Shown: piece after piece, positions 48,601 to 59,380 of the stretch | Position numbering within the stretch: position 1 is the first letter of the stretch | Layout: each line of letters begins with the position of its first letter | NCBI GenBank assembly: GCA_036867785.1 | Contig: CP145416.1 | Span: forward strand, 992,001 to 1,056,000 | Direction: 5' to 3' | DNA: 64,000 bases | Origin: Plasmodiophora brassicae | Taxonomy: Eukaryota | Notes under the pieces: model-generated | What the model saw: only the letters and a program-made list of their open reading frames with translations | Databases searched by the model: none | Told to the model about the DNA's origin: nothing | Made by a program: the position numbers and the translations under genes

Positions 48601-51338
48601 CCCTGTTGGTGCCGCGGAGCCGATCGATCCCAACAAGCGTCAAGAGAAGCTACAGTCACTGTTTAATGCCGTTGCTCAGGTTGGATTCGATCGAGCGCAG
48701 TCGGAAATGGTATTCGTCCTCGGGTTCACTGGCTATCCCGGAGAGTTAAATTCGTCGAACCTAGTTGGAATCTGTTTTAGCTGAGGTTGCTACGAACAGC
48801 CAGTCAATTATGGCAGTAGTGAAGCATACGGTGAACAATGCTTTCACCTTCTCAACTGCTAGAGATCCGGCCATAGGCGATGATGAGCTCGCTGACGGAA
48901 CGAGTAAGCATGTGCTCGTGCTACAGCAAATTTCAAGTGCGAACGACAAACTCGGTATGTTGTCAGTGGTGGGCTTGCACAAAGTCGGGGCTGAAATAGT
49001 TATATAGGCGACAACCGTGTTCCTCTCCACGACGTCGTGCTTTCTCATTACGTCGGGAGACTTATGGACGCCGAAGCATCTGAAGTTGATCAGTTTCTTC
49101 CCTTTGGGTTAGCATTGATTGTGGAAGGGCTGCTACAGCTCGATATTGTCGCTGAACGTGTCATTGTACGCCCGCTTCGTGTGGCCGGTGCGAACAAAGC
49201 CCACAGCAAAGGTTGTCATGGGCCCTGTCAGAAATGGTCGATGGTTCTAATGTCGTCAGGCATGTAGGTGCTCAAGTTGCTTGCGCTCTAGCTTCGTTCC
49301 TCTACGGTCGCTCTGCGCACGCGCAGGGCTATGTGGCCAGGTTGCTGTTTCGCCTGCATCGCGACCTTGTCGGCGAATCGGTTACCCGGCACTTCCCAGT
49401 CCTGACTTCCCTTGCTGAAGTTGCTCTAGACAATGAGATAGATGAGCGTACGCTTCATTAGCAGCCTGTGATTTGCGATTGTACTGACTTGTTTTTCTTT
49501 CAGTGACGCCGTTGGCACTGGGCGCTTTACGTTCTGTGCTTGGCAGTCGACGATTCTGCCAATTTTCGATGTCATCCCTCAGCGATGTTTACATGCAGCT
49601 GATAAGCCTTCGGTCCGCCAGACAGATCTATATGCAGATATACACAAGCGGACAAGCTGACGATGCTAAATGGACGTCGCCTATTACAGGTAGTTTCGCG
49701 TAAGAACGATCGCCTTCGGCGACTGCTTATATATCATTGTCAGCGGAAACCCTCATCGAAGATGTTACGTTGTGGAATATGCACCTCAAGTGGATTGACA
49801 TCCAATTGGCGCTTGCACAAGAGAAACGGGTTAACCCCGGTTCCTCGGCCGAGAGTGAACTTGCGCAGCTTCTCCTCCAGAAGACAGATCGTACAGACAC
49901 GTCTGTGTTTCCATTGGAACGGTATGGTGATTTTGTTCTCAGGGACATCGTGTGCTCTTCCTCCGGATCTCTGTGTTCAATTCATCAAACTCCTAGCGTC
50001 CTCAATAGGAAAGCATATATTGGCTGGTGTCCAGTCAGCACTGAAATCACACAATCAGGTCCTGCGCATCCAGTAACGATGTCTCATACGGCTGACTCTT
50101 CATCAGGTGTTCATCGACCGGCTTCGTGAGATTGGGTTCTCTCGGACCGAGCTCGTGCAAGACACCAAATTGCGAGAAGCTAACGCTGATCCCAATTGGA
50201 GAGTTGCTTCGGAAACTGTTGTGCAATCGTTATCATCAGTATTGCCGGCGGGTAAATTGCATTCTTGAACGTGAGACGTCTGGGTACTGACATCTTTGTC
50301 CAGCTGAATGTGTACCCTTAATTTCGAGTATCGCTGATCAGCTCGTTAATCTGTCTGAGATCGTTAATGTGTCCTCGTCTCTCGACTGTCCACTGATTGC
50401 TGATGAAATTCGTGTCCACATCCTTAAAAGGCATATATTGCATGCTGTCGCTCTCTGCCCCGGCAACTGATTCGCTTGTTAGGGTGCGATGTCTGCGCTC
50501 GATGACGCCTATGATCCAACTGAAGCCTGAAGAGTCCCGGTTCCCCGCTCTAGTGCGGGCTCTTTTATCGTTAATGTGTTCAAGTGTCCTTGTGCAGGTA
50601 CAGTGGCCCACGCACGCCTGTCGAAAATGTTGACTAAGGGGTCGTAGTCGTTGGCCGGCGAGTTTGACGAATGTCTCTGTTTGTTCGAGCAGCTGATCGA
50701 CGGTCTCCGATTCGGCACCAACTCCCCCGCCGATGGCAGTCCAGCTCAGCGTAAAGACGACGAATTTATCATCAGTCTCGATCGTGAAGTCGCTGCCGTG
50801 TTAATACCTGTCCAGTAAGGCTGGGTTTGTCTAGGCCGAAAACAATTGAGCTAATGTCATGAACACAGCTTTCGGCGGCGGATCCAACGTACACTACCTA
50901 CGTTCTCTGGTGCAATCGTTGATGGTCGGGCCGGAGTTGTCCCTGGAACATTTCCCAGCGTAATGAGTGTCAGCACGCCATCAAGTGCCACGCCAACTGT
51001 TTGTCCACTTGGAAATTGAAGCCACGTTTCCTGCCTGATTACTGCTTGATAGATCTTCTCCGGAGGACCTCCCCCTGCGTCCCCGACGAACGTGCTTACC
51101 CCTACTGTCTCTGTGCCGTTTAGTTTCGCTCGCTGTCTCGTAATCTGACATCGCGTATTTTCAGACAAATCAACCCGCAGTCGGCCGCCTGGTTTCCTCT
51201 GATGAACTTCAGTCAGTGGATCCGTGGACGATTCTCCAAGGCGTTCCAGGCACTCCTCTCGTCCAACGTTTGCTGGAAACGTCCGCAATTGTCGCCAGGG
51301 ACGGTTCGAGCATTGACAGCGAAGTTGCCGAATCGTAG
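45649..51338 (+). CDS. MED12: Mediator kinase-module subunit 12 (many exons)
   Basis: Med12 domain RLADVHTPLADLAQSPPFGYKADVLLDMLWSKRVSPQRATWFIKVVYLN, plus EWTEHL and YLCSLLCWQYELGLL. C-terminal VDPWTILQG resembles the plant MED12 DPWTLLE motif. Stop at 51336-51338. Confidence 0.85.
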
Positions 51339-51431
51339 TCCTTTGAATTTGGCTAATATATATTGTGCACCTATGTCATACAACGAGTGTTGCTCTGCCC
51401 ATCGTATGCGCTGCAATGTACAAGACGCGTC

Positions 51432-52284
51432 CTATTCGTCATCGTTACAGCCATTGTCATATTCGTCAAGTTCCTTCGCGAGGATGGAAAATCGACGCTG
51501 AAGTTTCCCTGCAAGCTGGCATCAGCGGCAAGCTCGTTACGTTCTACTTAGATATGCAGAACTAACCGGTCTCTTCCAGTATTCGTCGTTTCGGCAAACG
51601 AGGAAGCGTGACATTGCAGAAATGTTCGCCAGTCAGTAGCTCATCGATAACTGTGGACACGAGTCATCATAGAGTACGATGGCATCCAGACGTCTACGTA
51701 CCCTGGTCAATATGTGACAGTTCAAGCTCGCCTCCATCCTTGCGGAGGACAACTTTCCGATAATCGTTCAGCAACGGCTCCAAATACGTATACACGTCCA
51801 GCGGGTCCGCAGTTAATCTGAGGTATACAGCCCCAAGCAAGCGCATGTACTTGAAGTCCTCGGCATCGATCAAAGCCAGCACAATGTCGAGTTCCGGCGA
51901 AATTTGAAGCATCTTCAACAGCAGACACAGAAAGCGGCTGGGCTGCCTGGTGCCACCGTAACAGCCACCGACGCAGTCCAGTGCCACCGCTCGATCGACC
52001 AATGTCTCCGCTAGCACGAATACGGTGTCAGACACGCGGCGCTCCCCTGCACATGCATCGACAGGCATACCGTTCAACGCGAAGCACTGCTCCTTCCAGT
52101 ACGGCAAATCATAGATCTTCAACCGAACGATCTTCTCGATCAGGAACTGCACAGCCGGCAAGACGGTCAGTATGGAGCACGGGGGGACGGAGCTGGAGCC
52201 ACTACAGACCTGTGGGTGCTGCCCGTGGACGCTGGACGCTGAGGGGCCGGCATCCGAAGCGGCGCGCACGACTTGGAGCGACAT
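51432..52284 (-). CDS. PRPF38A: Pre-mRNA splicing factor 38A (multi-exon)
   Basis: SVHGQHPQ|FLIEKIVRLKIYDLPYWKEQCFALN|AETLVDRA..PSRFLCLLLKMLQISPE..DFKYMRLLGAVYLRL..YLEPLLNDYRK..IDELL..LPRLPKRRILEE. Confidence 0.95.
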
Positions 52285-52360
52285 TGCAGCCTGCGCACTG
52301 CGGAGACGGAGTCAGCCGCACGGTCCCCCGGGCAGCACTCGCTACGCCAACGTACAGCAG

Positions 52361-53755
52361 TCACGCACGTCGTGCACGTCGCGCGACGTACTGATCAACA
52401 AGGATATCGATCTTGGCTTTGATGGCGCGAAGTCTGCCGAGCGTAACGTCTTTGGGGCGGGACTGGTCACCGACGACTTTCAGGACGACTTTCGACGTGA
52501 TCGACGTGATGCTTGGTTCGTCGCAGATGTCGTGTTTGAGATGCAAATGGCTGGCAACGACCTCGGTAACGAACTCAACGCGTTTTCTGTAGTCTTCCCT
52601 GCAGGGTAACACGTTAGCAACGGTGTGACCCAACAGTTACGAACAATGTCGGACAGCGGCGTAGGCACGTGGCCATTGTTGTTGTCAGTCGAAGACGCAA
52701 TTTCCCCTGCGCTTCTGGTGCATTCGCTAGCTGCGTCTGTCGCCGTCCTATAACCGCAAAGTCAGCGATTACGATCCACCAAGCAGTTTCACGAATTGTC
52801 ATACAGTGAGGATGTCACGTGAGCGTGCTCATTATCAAGCAAAGGCAACGCTTTGACCGCTCCGCTGTCCTTAGTCGCTGGTTTCGCAGGCCTGTGATTG
52901 GAAAATCAGCCACCCAAATACAACGAAAATTCCAGCACGCGCTGACAGGATATCTCCACGTGCCGCAGGAGATGATGAAGAAGCAGGAGCAGCATCGTCA
53001 TACTCCTCATCATCCGAACCGAACAGGTTGTAAGGGAGCTCGATTCCCAGAAGACTAGGCTTCTGTTCAGAATCGTGCTGAGGGAGGACAACACCATTAG
53101 CAGCGGTTGTCGCACATGGTTCCGATGGTGGCGCCGAAGGTTCAGCGGACGAAGATTCGGCAGGCTGCGACAGGTTAAGAAACAGTGAAAGTGAAGGCGC
53201 CGACTTCATAGCGTGGATGTCGTTCATCCATGCCCCGATATACGACGCAGATGAACGCGACACGACACTGATATCGCGTTCGCGCGATAGGATTCTCGCT
53301 TGGTCATCAAGGGTCACCTCGTCGTCCGGAAATCGATCACCCACAGCAATCAAAAACTTGTTCAGCCACGATTGCCTCGTCTTTCTAGGGACGGCACACT
53401 TCTCGCCCGCATCAAACTGAATCGCCAGTGCTACCACCGGTTTCTTCGCCTTCGGCACCGCTGCAGACGCCTCGCTCGGCGTCGCCTGAAGAGGAATCGG
53501 CGAAGCGAGTGTCCGTTCTACAAAGGCACGATCCGCCTCCATATCCTCTCTCCTCCTTTTCGAAGCGCGCTCCCGCTCTTCAGCATCTATCACCACCCCG
53601 TAAGCGCTGCGTGATGAGACCGATACCGGGGGAAACCTGCCTCGCCTCCGCTGCTCCGCCTCCAGGCGCCGCCGCGATGCCGGATCGCGCCCATCGACGA
53701 CGGTCTCCACGAGATCCCTCAAATCAGTCGGGTCGATTCGAACAGGGGCCGACAT
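52361..53755 (-). CDS. Hypothetical nuclear protein with REXO1/RECQL5-IRI-like helical domain and C-terminal SRI-like domain
   Basis: Middle region VPRKTRQSWLNKFL..ERDISVVSRSSASYIGAWMNDIHAMK. Last exon EFVTEVVASHL..ITSKVVLKV..IKAKIDILVDQYV. Start placed at 53755 because the ARP4 exons occupy 53895 onward on the other strand. Confidence 0.5.
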
Positions 53756-53894
53756 TGGTAAACTGCGCTGTCGAGCTGCAGCTCTCACTGCGGCGGTGCA
53801 GCGCTCACGGCCTGTTCGCCGGTGCAACACGACCCGCCGTCTCGCCGGCGGCGCAGTCCGCGATCGCGGGTAGCTGTTCGTCGTCGCGGTCACG

Positions 53895-55612
53895 ATGATG
53901 TTTGGTGGCGGTAGGCCGGGAGCGTCGAGGGCTGGCGGTGCGGGGGGTTGACGGTCCATGATCCGTTGTAGATGACGTAGGCGCACTGGTCATCGATACG
54001 GGGTCGCTGTCGACCAAGACGGGGTTCGCTGGCGAGAACATACCGAAGGCCGTTGTGCCGTCGGTATGGTTCGGCTCGTGGACCGACGCGATGGGTGGTG
54101 ATTATGTGTCTGTAGTTTATTGGCAGAGGCGCAGTAGCGGACGGTGATGATGTCGCCATGCGGGATGAAGACACTCCTGCTCCCACCAACGCGTACGTTG
54201 GACAGAATCTGTACTACCGACGGGATAATGTCGAGGTTACGCCGGCTGTGGAAGATGGATCAAGTACGCTTTGGGGCTGGTATGCCACGCGATTTCATGT
54301 GGCTGATGCTCGTCTGTCGTGCAGTTTGTGATTTCGATGCCACGGAAGCGATTTGGAGGCATTCCGTTGAATCGATTCTGCGAATTGACGCGACCGAGCA
54401 CCCGCTTTTGCTCGTCGAGTCCGTGTTCAACACGGCGGAGAACCGGGAAAAGATGTGCGAGATCGCCATGGAGAGGTTCCAGTGCCCTGCCGTGTTCATT
54501 GCCAAAGACGCCGTCCTGTCTGCGTTCGCCGCTGGACGTAGTACCGCCCTTGTATTGCAGTGCGGCGCTGGCATTACGTCCTCAGTTGCCGTCCATGAGG
54601 GATATGCATTAATGCAGGGTACAGGTGCTTCTGCATCTAGAGGGCTCCTCGACTAACGTGTGGCTCGCGGCAGGAAAACTGCGAACCCGGCTGGCAGGCA
54701 ACACTCTGGACGACGTCTTCGTCAAGCTGCTTTCAGCATCCTCAAACCATCCAATTGAACCACACTTCTTGTTCAAGAGGGAGCTCGCAAGCGAAGGGCG
54801 AACGACCGTGAAGGTTTCACATGAACTGCGGGTGCGTTCACAACGTCAGCTAACATGTCCCATGGCAGCGTCTCGATTTTCCGTTGACAACGGCATCGTA
54901 CACGGATTTTATGAGGCGAGATGTCATTCGCGACATCAAGCACAGCGTCGTCCGCGTATCCGACGTTCCGTTCTCATCGGAGGTCAGCAGTGCCATTCCG
55001 ACTGTGCCCTACGAGCTCCCAGATGGTCATGTGATAGACGTGGGAGCTGGTCCTCTATCCGTCTGCATCGATTTGGCAACGCGTTGATCGTTTCTGTTCA
55101 GAGCGATTCACTCTTGGTGAACAATTATTCAACCCGTCAGCTTCGCTGGTTGATTTCAAGGAGGACATTGACGGTTACAAATTCGAGGTACCCTTGTGGG
55201 CGCCGGGCGTATCTGTATTTCTTATGCTGCTGAAGGGTCTGCCTGCGATGGTCCGTCAGGCTGTTGATGCTGTTGACGTTGACGTCCGCCGTGAGCTGTA
55301 CGGGAACATTGTCGTCACTGGAGGAACATCTTCAATACGTGGCCTGTCGGATCGATTAACCAAGGAGCTAATGGCCACAGCGGCGCCAGCGTTCAAGATT
55401 AAGACTCTGTCTGTTGGAACCCACCATGAGCGATTATTCGGGTCCTGGATCGGTGCCTCAATACTTGGGTAGGCAGACCGTCTGTCTAGGTAGTGTGCTG
55501 CGATGTCTGACTGGCCGATTACAGGTCGCTTGGGTCATTTCAGCAAATGTGGTTCTCTCGTTCAGAGTACGAGGAGCACGGTGCCCGATATATCGCAGAG
55601 AAATGTCCATGA
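53895..55612 (+). CDS. ARP4: Nuclear actin-related protein ARP4/ACTL6 (BAF53), multi-exon
   Basis: MMFGG|DDVGALVIDTGSLSTKTGFAGENIPKAV, EHPLLLVE..NREKMCEIAMERF, AVLSAFAAGRSTALV, YELPDG, DVDVRRELYGNIVVTGG, WIGASILG|SLGSFQQMWFSRSEYEEHG..EKCP. Confidence 0.93.
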
Positions 55613-55853
55613 TACCGTGGTCCACTATGATACACAAGCAGATCCTCAATCCCCTGCTCTTATTCGACCACACAGGCGACCCGTTGCTTGGGCCGCCGCC
55701 GCCTGCAGAGGGATACGGGTAGACCGGTAGAGGGCGAAACTCGCTGCCACTGCGCAAATTGTGTTGCGAACTGCGCGCTATTTTCAGCCACGGTAGTTGC
55801 TGGTTTCCGACGGCCTTCTTGCAAATAGCGATTCGAGAAAGGCTCGTTGCAGG

Positions 55854-57023
55854 ATGCGGGCGGGCGTGGCTGTGGCCTTCGTCGTAGGTGTGCTGCTGGT
55901 TGCCTCGACGGATGCGATGCAGAAGCGCAGGCGCGACGATGCGGCGTCGCCCGCGAAACGGGTCCGGTTCTCCGCTAAGGCCGCGTCAGCGACCATACAC
56001 GACGAGGCCCAGCCACGAGGCGATGGGAACAGCAACGAGTCTAGTAGCCAGTCGGAGAGTTGGGATACGTTCATTACGGAGAGTCAGGCCTGGAGCAGCT
56101 ATGATGAATCTAGCGCGTTCCCGGCAGACCAGCCGCACACTACTGGGACAAGCGGCGAAACGGGAGAGCCGCCGAGCACAACACGCCCGCTGAGCAACGT
56201 CCGGGCGGTTATAACGAATAACTATGACAGCACGGGTGTCGAACAGGACGAGAACCGGCGTGGTTATGCAACCGACAGGCTCCACCTGTCTCCAAGCTCA
56301 TCGGCGACGGTCACGCAGGCTCAGCCGATTCCGGACACCAACAACGACGGCAACGACGCGGAGTTTGGATGGGACAGGTCCTACCAGCTGTCGCAGTCTC
56401 AGCTATCGCAGGCGTTCGCCAGCTCCGTCTTCGAGTCGATCGCGCAGGGCACCAGCGCGCCCACGCTTCGCGAGAGGTACCTGGAGATTATCGAGCGTCC
56501 GGATTTCATCGAGATCCTCACGCAGGTCGCGAAAGAGATTGCCTCCCGAGCGTCGTCGAGCAGGACGAACGCGGCGACCTTTGTCGAAAGCGTTCGCGAT
56601 CATTTGGACCCGTCGTTCGTTGCCAATCGTGGCCGCGACCTTGTAATCCAGTACAGGGACGATTCTGGGTTCTCCACGCGTGAAGGTTTTCGCGTCCCCC
56701 TGGGAGACGACGCCGCGTTCTGGACGCTGGGCCGCAAGGAAGGAGCGACGTTCCGCATCCGTCGGGCCGATTACGACATCAGCCGCATCAGCTTCGTGAT
56801 GATCGCCGTCCCGAATCGCGCCCTGATCGTCGTGGACGTCGGCTGCATATCCGGGATCTTCACCATCCGACGGGAGGCGGATGCCCCCGTCATCGACAGC
56901 ACCGTCGACAACCGTCGCGTCCTGGCCTTCAACTGGGGCGAGCACGTCACGCTCCAGCTCGCCCCTGGTCGTCTGATCACCTTCTGGCCCGATGAACTTC
57001 AGACCGTCCAATCGCTGGAGTGA
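55854..57023 (+). CDS. Intronless secreted protein with NLS/RVxF motif and C-terminal FHA-like domain (candidate effector)
   Basis: Signal peptide MRAGVAVAFVVGVLLVASTDA, then KRRR..PAKRVRF and a Ser/Thr-rich linker. FHA-like WTLGR..DISRISFVM..IVVDVGCISG at the C-terminus. Confidence 0.75.
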   Translation: MRAGVAVAFVVGVLLVASTDAMQKRRRDDAASPAKRVRFSAKAASATIHDEAQPRGDGNSNESSSQSESWDTFITESQAWSSYDESSAFPADQPHTTGTSGETGEPPSTTRPLSNVRAVITNNYDSTGVEQDENRRGYATDRLHLSPSSSATVTQAQPIPDTNNDGNDAEFGWDRSYQLSQSQLSQAFASSVFESIAQGTSAPTLRERYLEIIERPDFIEILTQVAKEIASRASSSRTNAATFVESVRDHLDPSFVANRGRDLVIQYRDDSGFSTREGFRVPLGDDAAFWTLGRKEGATFRIRRADYDISRISFVMIAVPNRALIVVDVGCISGIFTIRREADAPVIDSTVDNRRVLAFNWGEHVTLQLAPGRLITFWPDELQTVQSLE

Positions 57024-57172
57024 TGACTGATGATGCGTTCGTTTGGACGTCGCGAAGTCACGTCGGTCTAAATACAGCCTGATGATTAATCGCCATGGAT
57101 TGATCCCTCTGCGGCAACGAACTACTGCGGGGCATCGTTCCTGGCCACCACCACCACAGACGTTCCGTAATC

Positions 57173-58312
57173 ATGCTGCCCACCGCGACCTACCAGGCGG
57201 CGCCCAGGAAGCGGATCCAGCGATGGTGGCGATCCGTGCAAGTGCGGTCGGCGTTCCGTCGGGGCATCCTCGTCGTTATTGCCGCGCTGGCCGCTGTCGC
57301 CACGGCCGCCGTCATCGTCATCATCATTGTGACCGCACCCGACCGACAGCGGGATCCCGTCCAGACCACGACACAGTCCGTGTCGATATCGAATGTTCCT
57401 GAACCCGCCCCGGAACCGACGTTGCCGCCGTCGCGTCCCAGAGTCAAGCAGGTCCTGACGCAGAACCCGCTGCCATCGACGCTGCCGTCGTTGCGACGCG
57501 CGTCCAGGATTCATCGTCGTGCGCCAAGACGACGTGTTGACGTCATCCGCCGAGACCCGACTATAGACAACATTCCCGGGGGCGACGATGGTCGCGAGGT
57601 TCCCGAGGACGACGTCGGCGGCCGTGAGTTCTTCACGTGTGTGAACCCGAACCACATTGCGCTCACGTTCGACGATGGGCCGAGCGACCATACCGATCGC
57701 CTGCTGGACGTCCTGAAGAAGCACGACGTGCGGGCCACGTTCTTCATGATCGGCATCCGGGTGCAGTACCCGTTGCACCAGGCGCAAGCCGCCAGGCGCG
57801 TCCGAGAAGAAGGGCACCTGATCGCCGGGCACACCTGGGACCATCCGATCCTAACGTCGGTCGGCGACGACGATATCGTCGAACAGATGACCAGGACGGA
57901 GGACACGCTCATGACGTACGTCGGCGTGCGCCCGCGATTCTTCAGGCCGCCCAGCGGGGCCACTGACCAGAGAGTCAAGGGCATCACGCAAGGGAAACTC
58001 GGGTACCACACGATCCAATGGGATTTGAACACGTTCGACTGGACGAGGCCGGCACCCGGCGCGGTGCACCAGGCGATCATGTCCAGGTTGGAGGACCTGG
58101 AGCGGCCCGGGTCGTCGGCCAAGTCCATGATCGTGCTGATGCACGACCTGTGGGCGAACAGCGTCGACGAGATGGACGGCATCCTGACCGAGATCAAGGC
58201 CAAGTACCCGCACCGGCAGTTCGTCACCATCGACGAATGCATCGGGCAGACGGGCCGAGCCTACCGGAACCGAACCGACGCATTGCCGCCCATGCCGCCT
58301 GTCGTACCATGA
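57173..58312 (+). CDS. CE4 polysaccharide (chitin) deacetylase, NodB domain, with N-terminal TM anchor; intronless
   Basis: Motifs TFDDGP, ATFF, HTWDHP, RPPSG (normally RPPYG), TFDW and LMHD. TM segment GILVVIAALAAVATAAVIVIIIV. Confidence 0.92.
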   Translation: MLPTATYQAAPRKRIQRWWRSVQVRSAFRRGILVVIAALAAVATAAVIVIIIVTAPDRQRDPVQTTTQSVSISNVPEPAPEPTLPPSRPRVKQVLTQNPLPSTLPSLRRASRIHRRAPRRRVDVIRRDPTIDNIPGGDDGREVPEDDVGGREFFTCVNPNHIALTFDDGPSDHTDRLLDVLKKHDVRATFFMIGIRVQYPLHQAQAARRVREEGHLIAGHTWDHPILTSVGDDDIVEQMTRTEDTLMTYVGVRPRFFRPPSGATDQRVKGITQGKLGYHTIQWDLNTFDWTRPAPGAVHQAIMSRLEDLERPGSSAKSMIVLMHDLWANSVDEMDGILTEIKAKYPHRQFVTIDECIGQTGRAYRNRTDALPPMPPVVP

Positions 58313-58353
58313 AGCAGGTCGCCGTCCTAATTTACGATATACGTTGATCCTCT

Positions 58354-59239
58354 CTAGGGCCGTGCGCTGCCGTAGGTGACGGTGACCTCGCCTTCGACGC
58401 CGTTTCCGAAGTAATACGCAATGTCCTCGAACCGGTTCCGGGGATCCAGGCGCTCCAGCTTCCTGCTCGTGTTCGCCAGCGACGCCGCCTCCCGGCAGGC
58501 GGTCGGGTTCTCCGGGTCCGGGTTCCTGACGGCGTAGAACTCGACCGCCTTGACGCTGTCCGGTAGCCAGGTTCGTACGATCTCCGCGATCTGTGACAGC
58601 GTCGCCTGGCGGGGCGCGTCGAAGAACTGGCGAACGCGCGGGCCACAATCGGCGCTCTCGGGGTGCCGCTGCAGGCATAACAGGATCGGGCGCGTCATGC
58701 GCCGGCCGTGCTTCCGCTTCTGTGGGCGACGGAACACGCTCGCCTCGCTCGCCAACGGGTCCCGGATACTCCTCGACTGTTTCGACCGATGCTAACGATA
58801 GCGTCAGCGTCGCGATTACCGACCACATTGACGCTGAACGTACGACGAGTTGCTTCGATACGCCCTTGGCAACGCTTTCGGCGTGAGCGCGACTGTTATG
58901 CGCCTGGATGACCTCCTGGACGTACTTGTCCTGGAGCTCCTGCTGCTTCTCGAGGTCCGGGTAGAACGACGAGATGATGGCGTCGAAGGCCTTGTCCTGG
59001 CGGAGCGACCGGTGCGACGGGCACTTGACGCGGCACGCGGGGCACTGCGGGCCGCTGAACCGCAGCGACTGCTCGATGCACTGGTGGCAGAACCGGTGCA
59101 GGCATTCCTTCACGGTCCACGCCTCGTTGATCACGCTCATGCAGACGGCGCACGTCAGGTCCGCATCGTTGGCGCGCTGTGGGACGACGACGACGACCTC
59201 GGACGTCCTGCCGCCCGCCGCCGCTTTCTTCGCCTTCAT
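58354..59239 (-). CDS. RING1: Polycomb PRC1 RING1-like E3 ligase (2 exons)
   Basis: CAVCMSVINEAWTVKECLHRFCHQCIEQSLRFSGPQCPACRVKCPSHRSLRQDKAFDAIISSFYPD. The C-terminal exon is compatible with a RAWUL-like domain. Confidence 0.8.
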
Positions 59240-59380
59240 CGCCGTCTGTCGCGCCTCACAAAACCCCGCGACTGCCGTCGAGCTGCGCGCCGACCGCGGC
59301 CCGGTCCATGTTGCATTCGGCGAGCGGCGGTGTCCCCCCCACAGTGTGTATTCTGTGTGTGTGTGTGCTGGCGGCCGGAT

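Noticed and set aside
53756-53986. N-terminal extension of the minus-strand ORF 52871-53986
   Set aside because: It overlaps the first exons of ARP4 on the plus strand; likely a shadow ORF.
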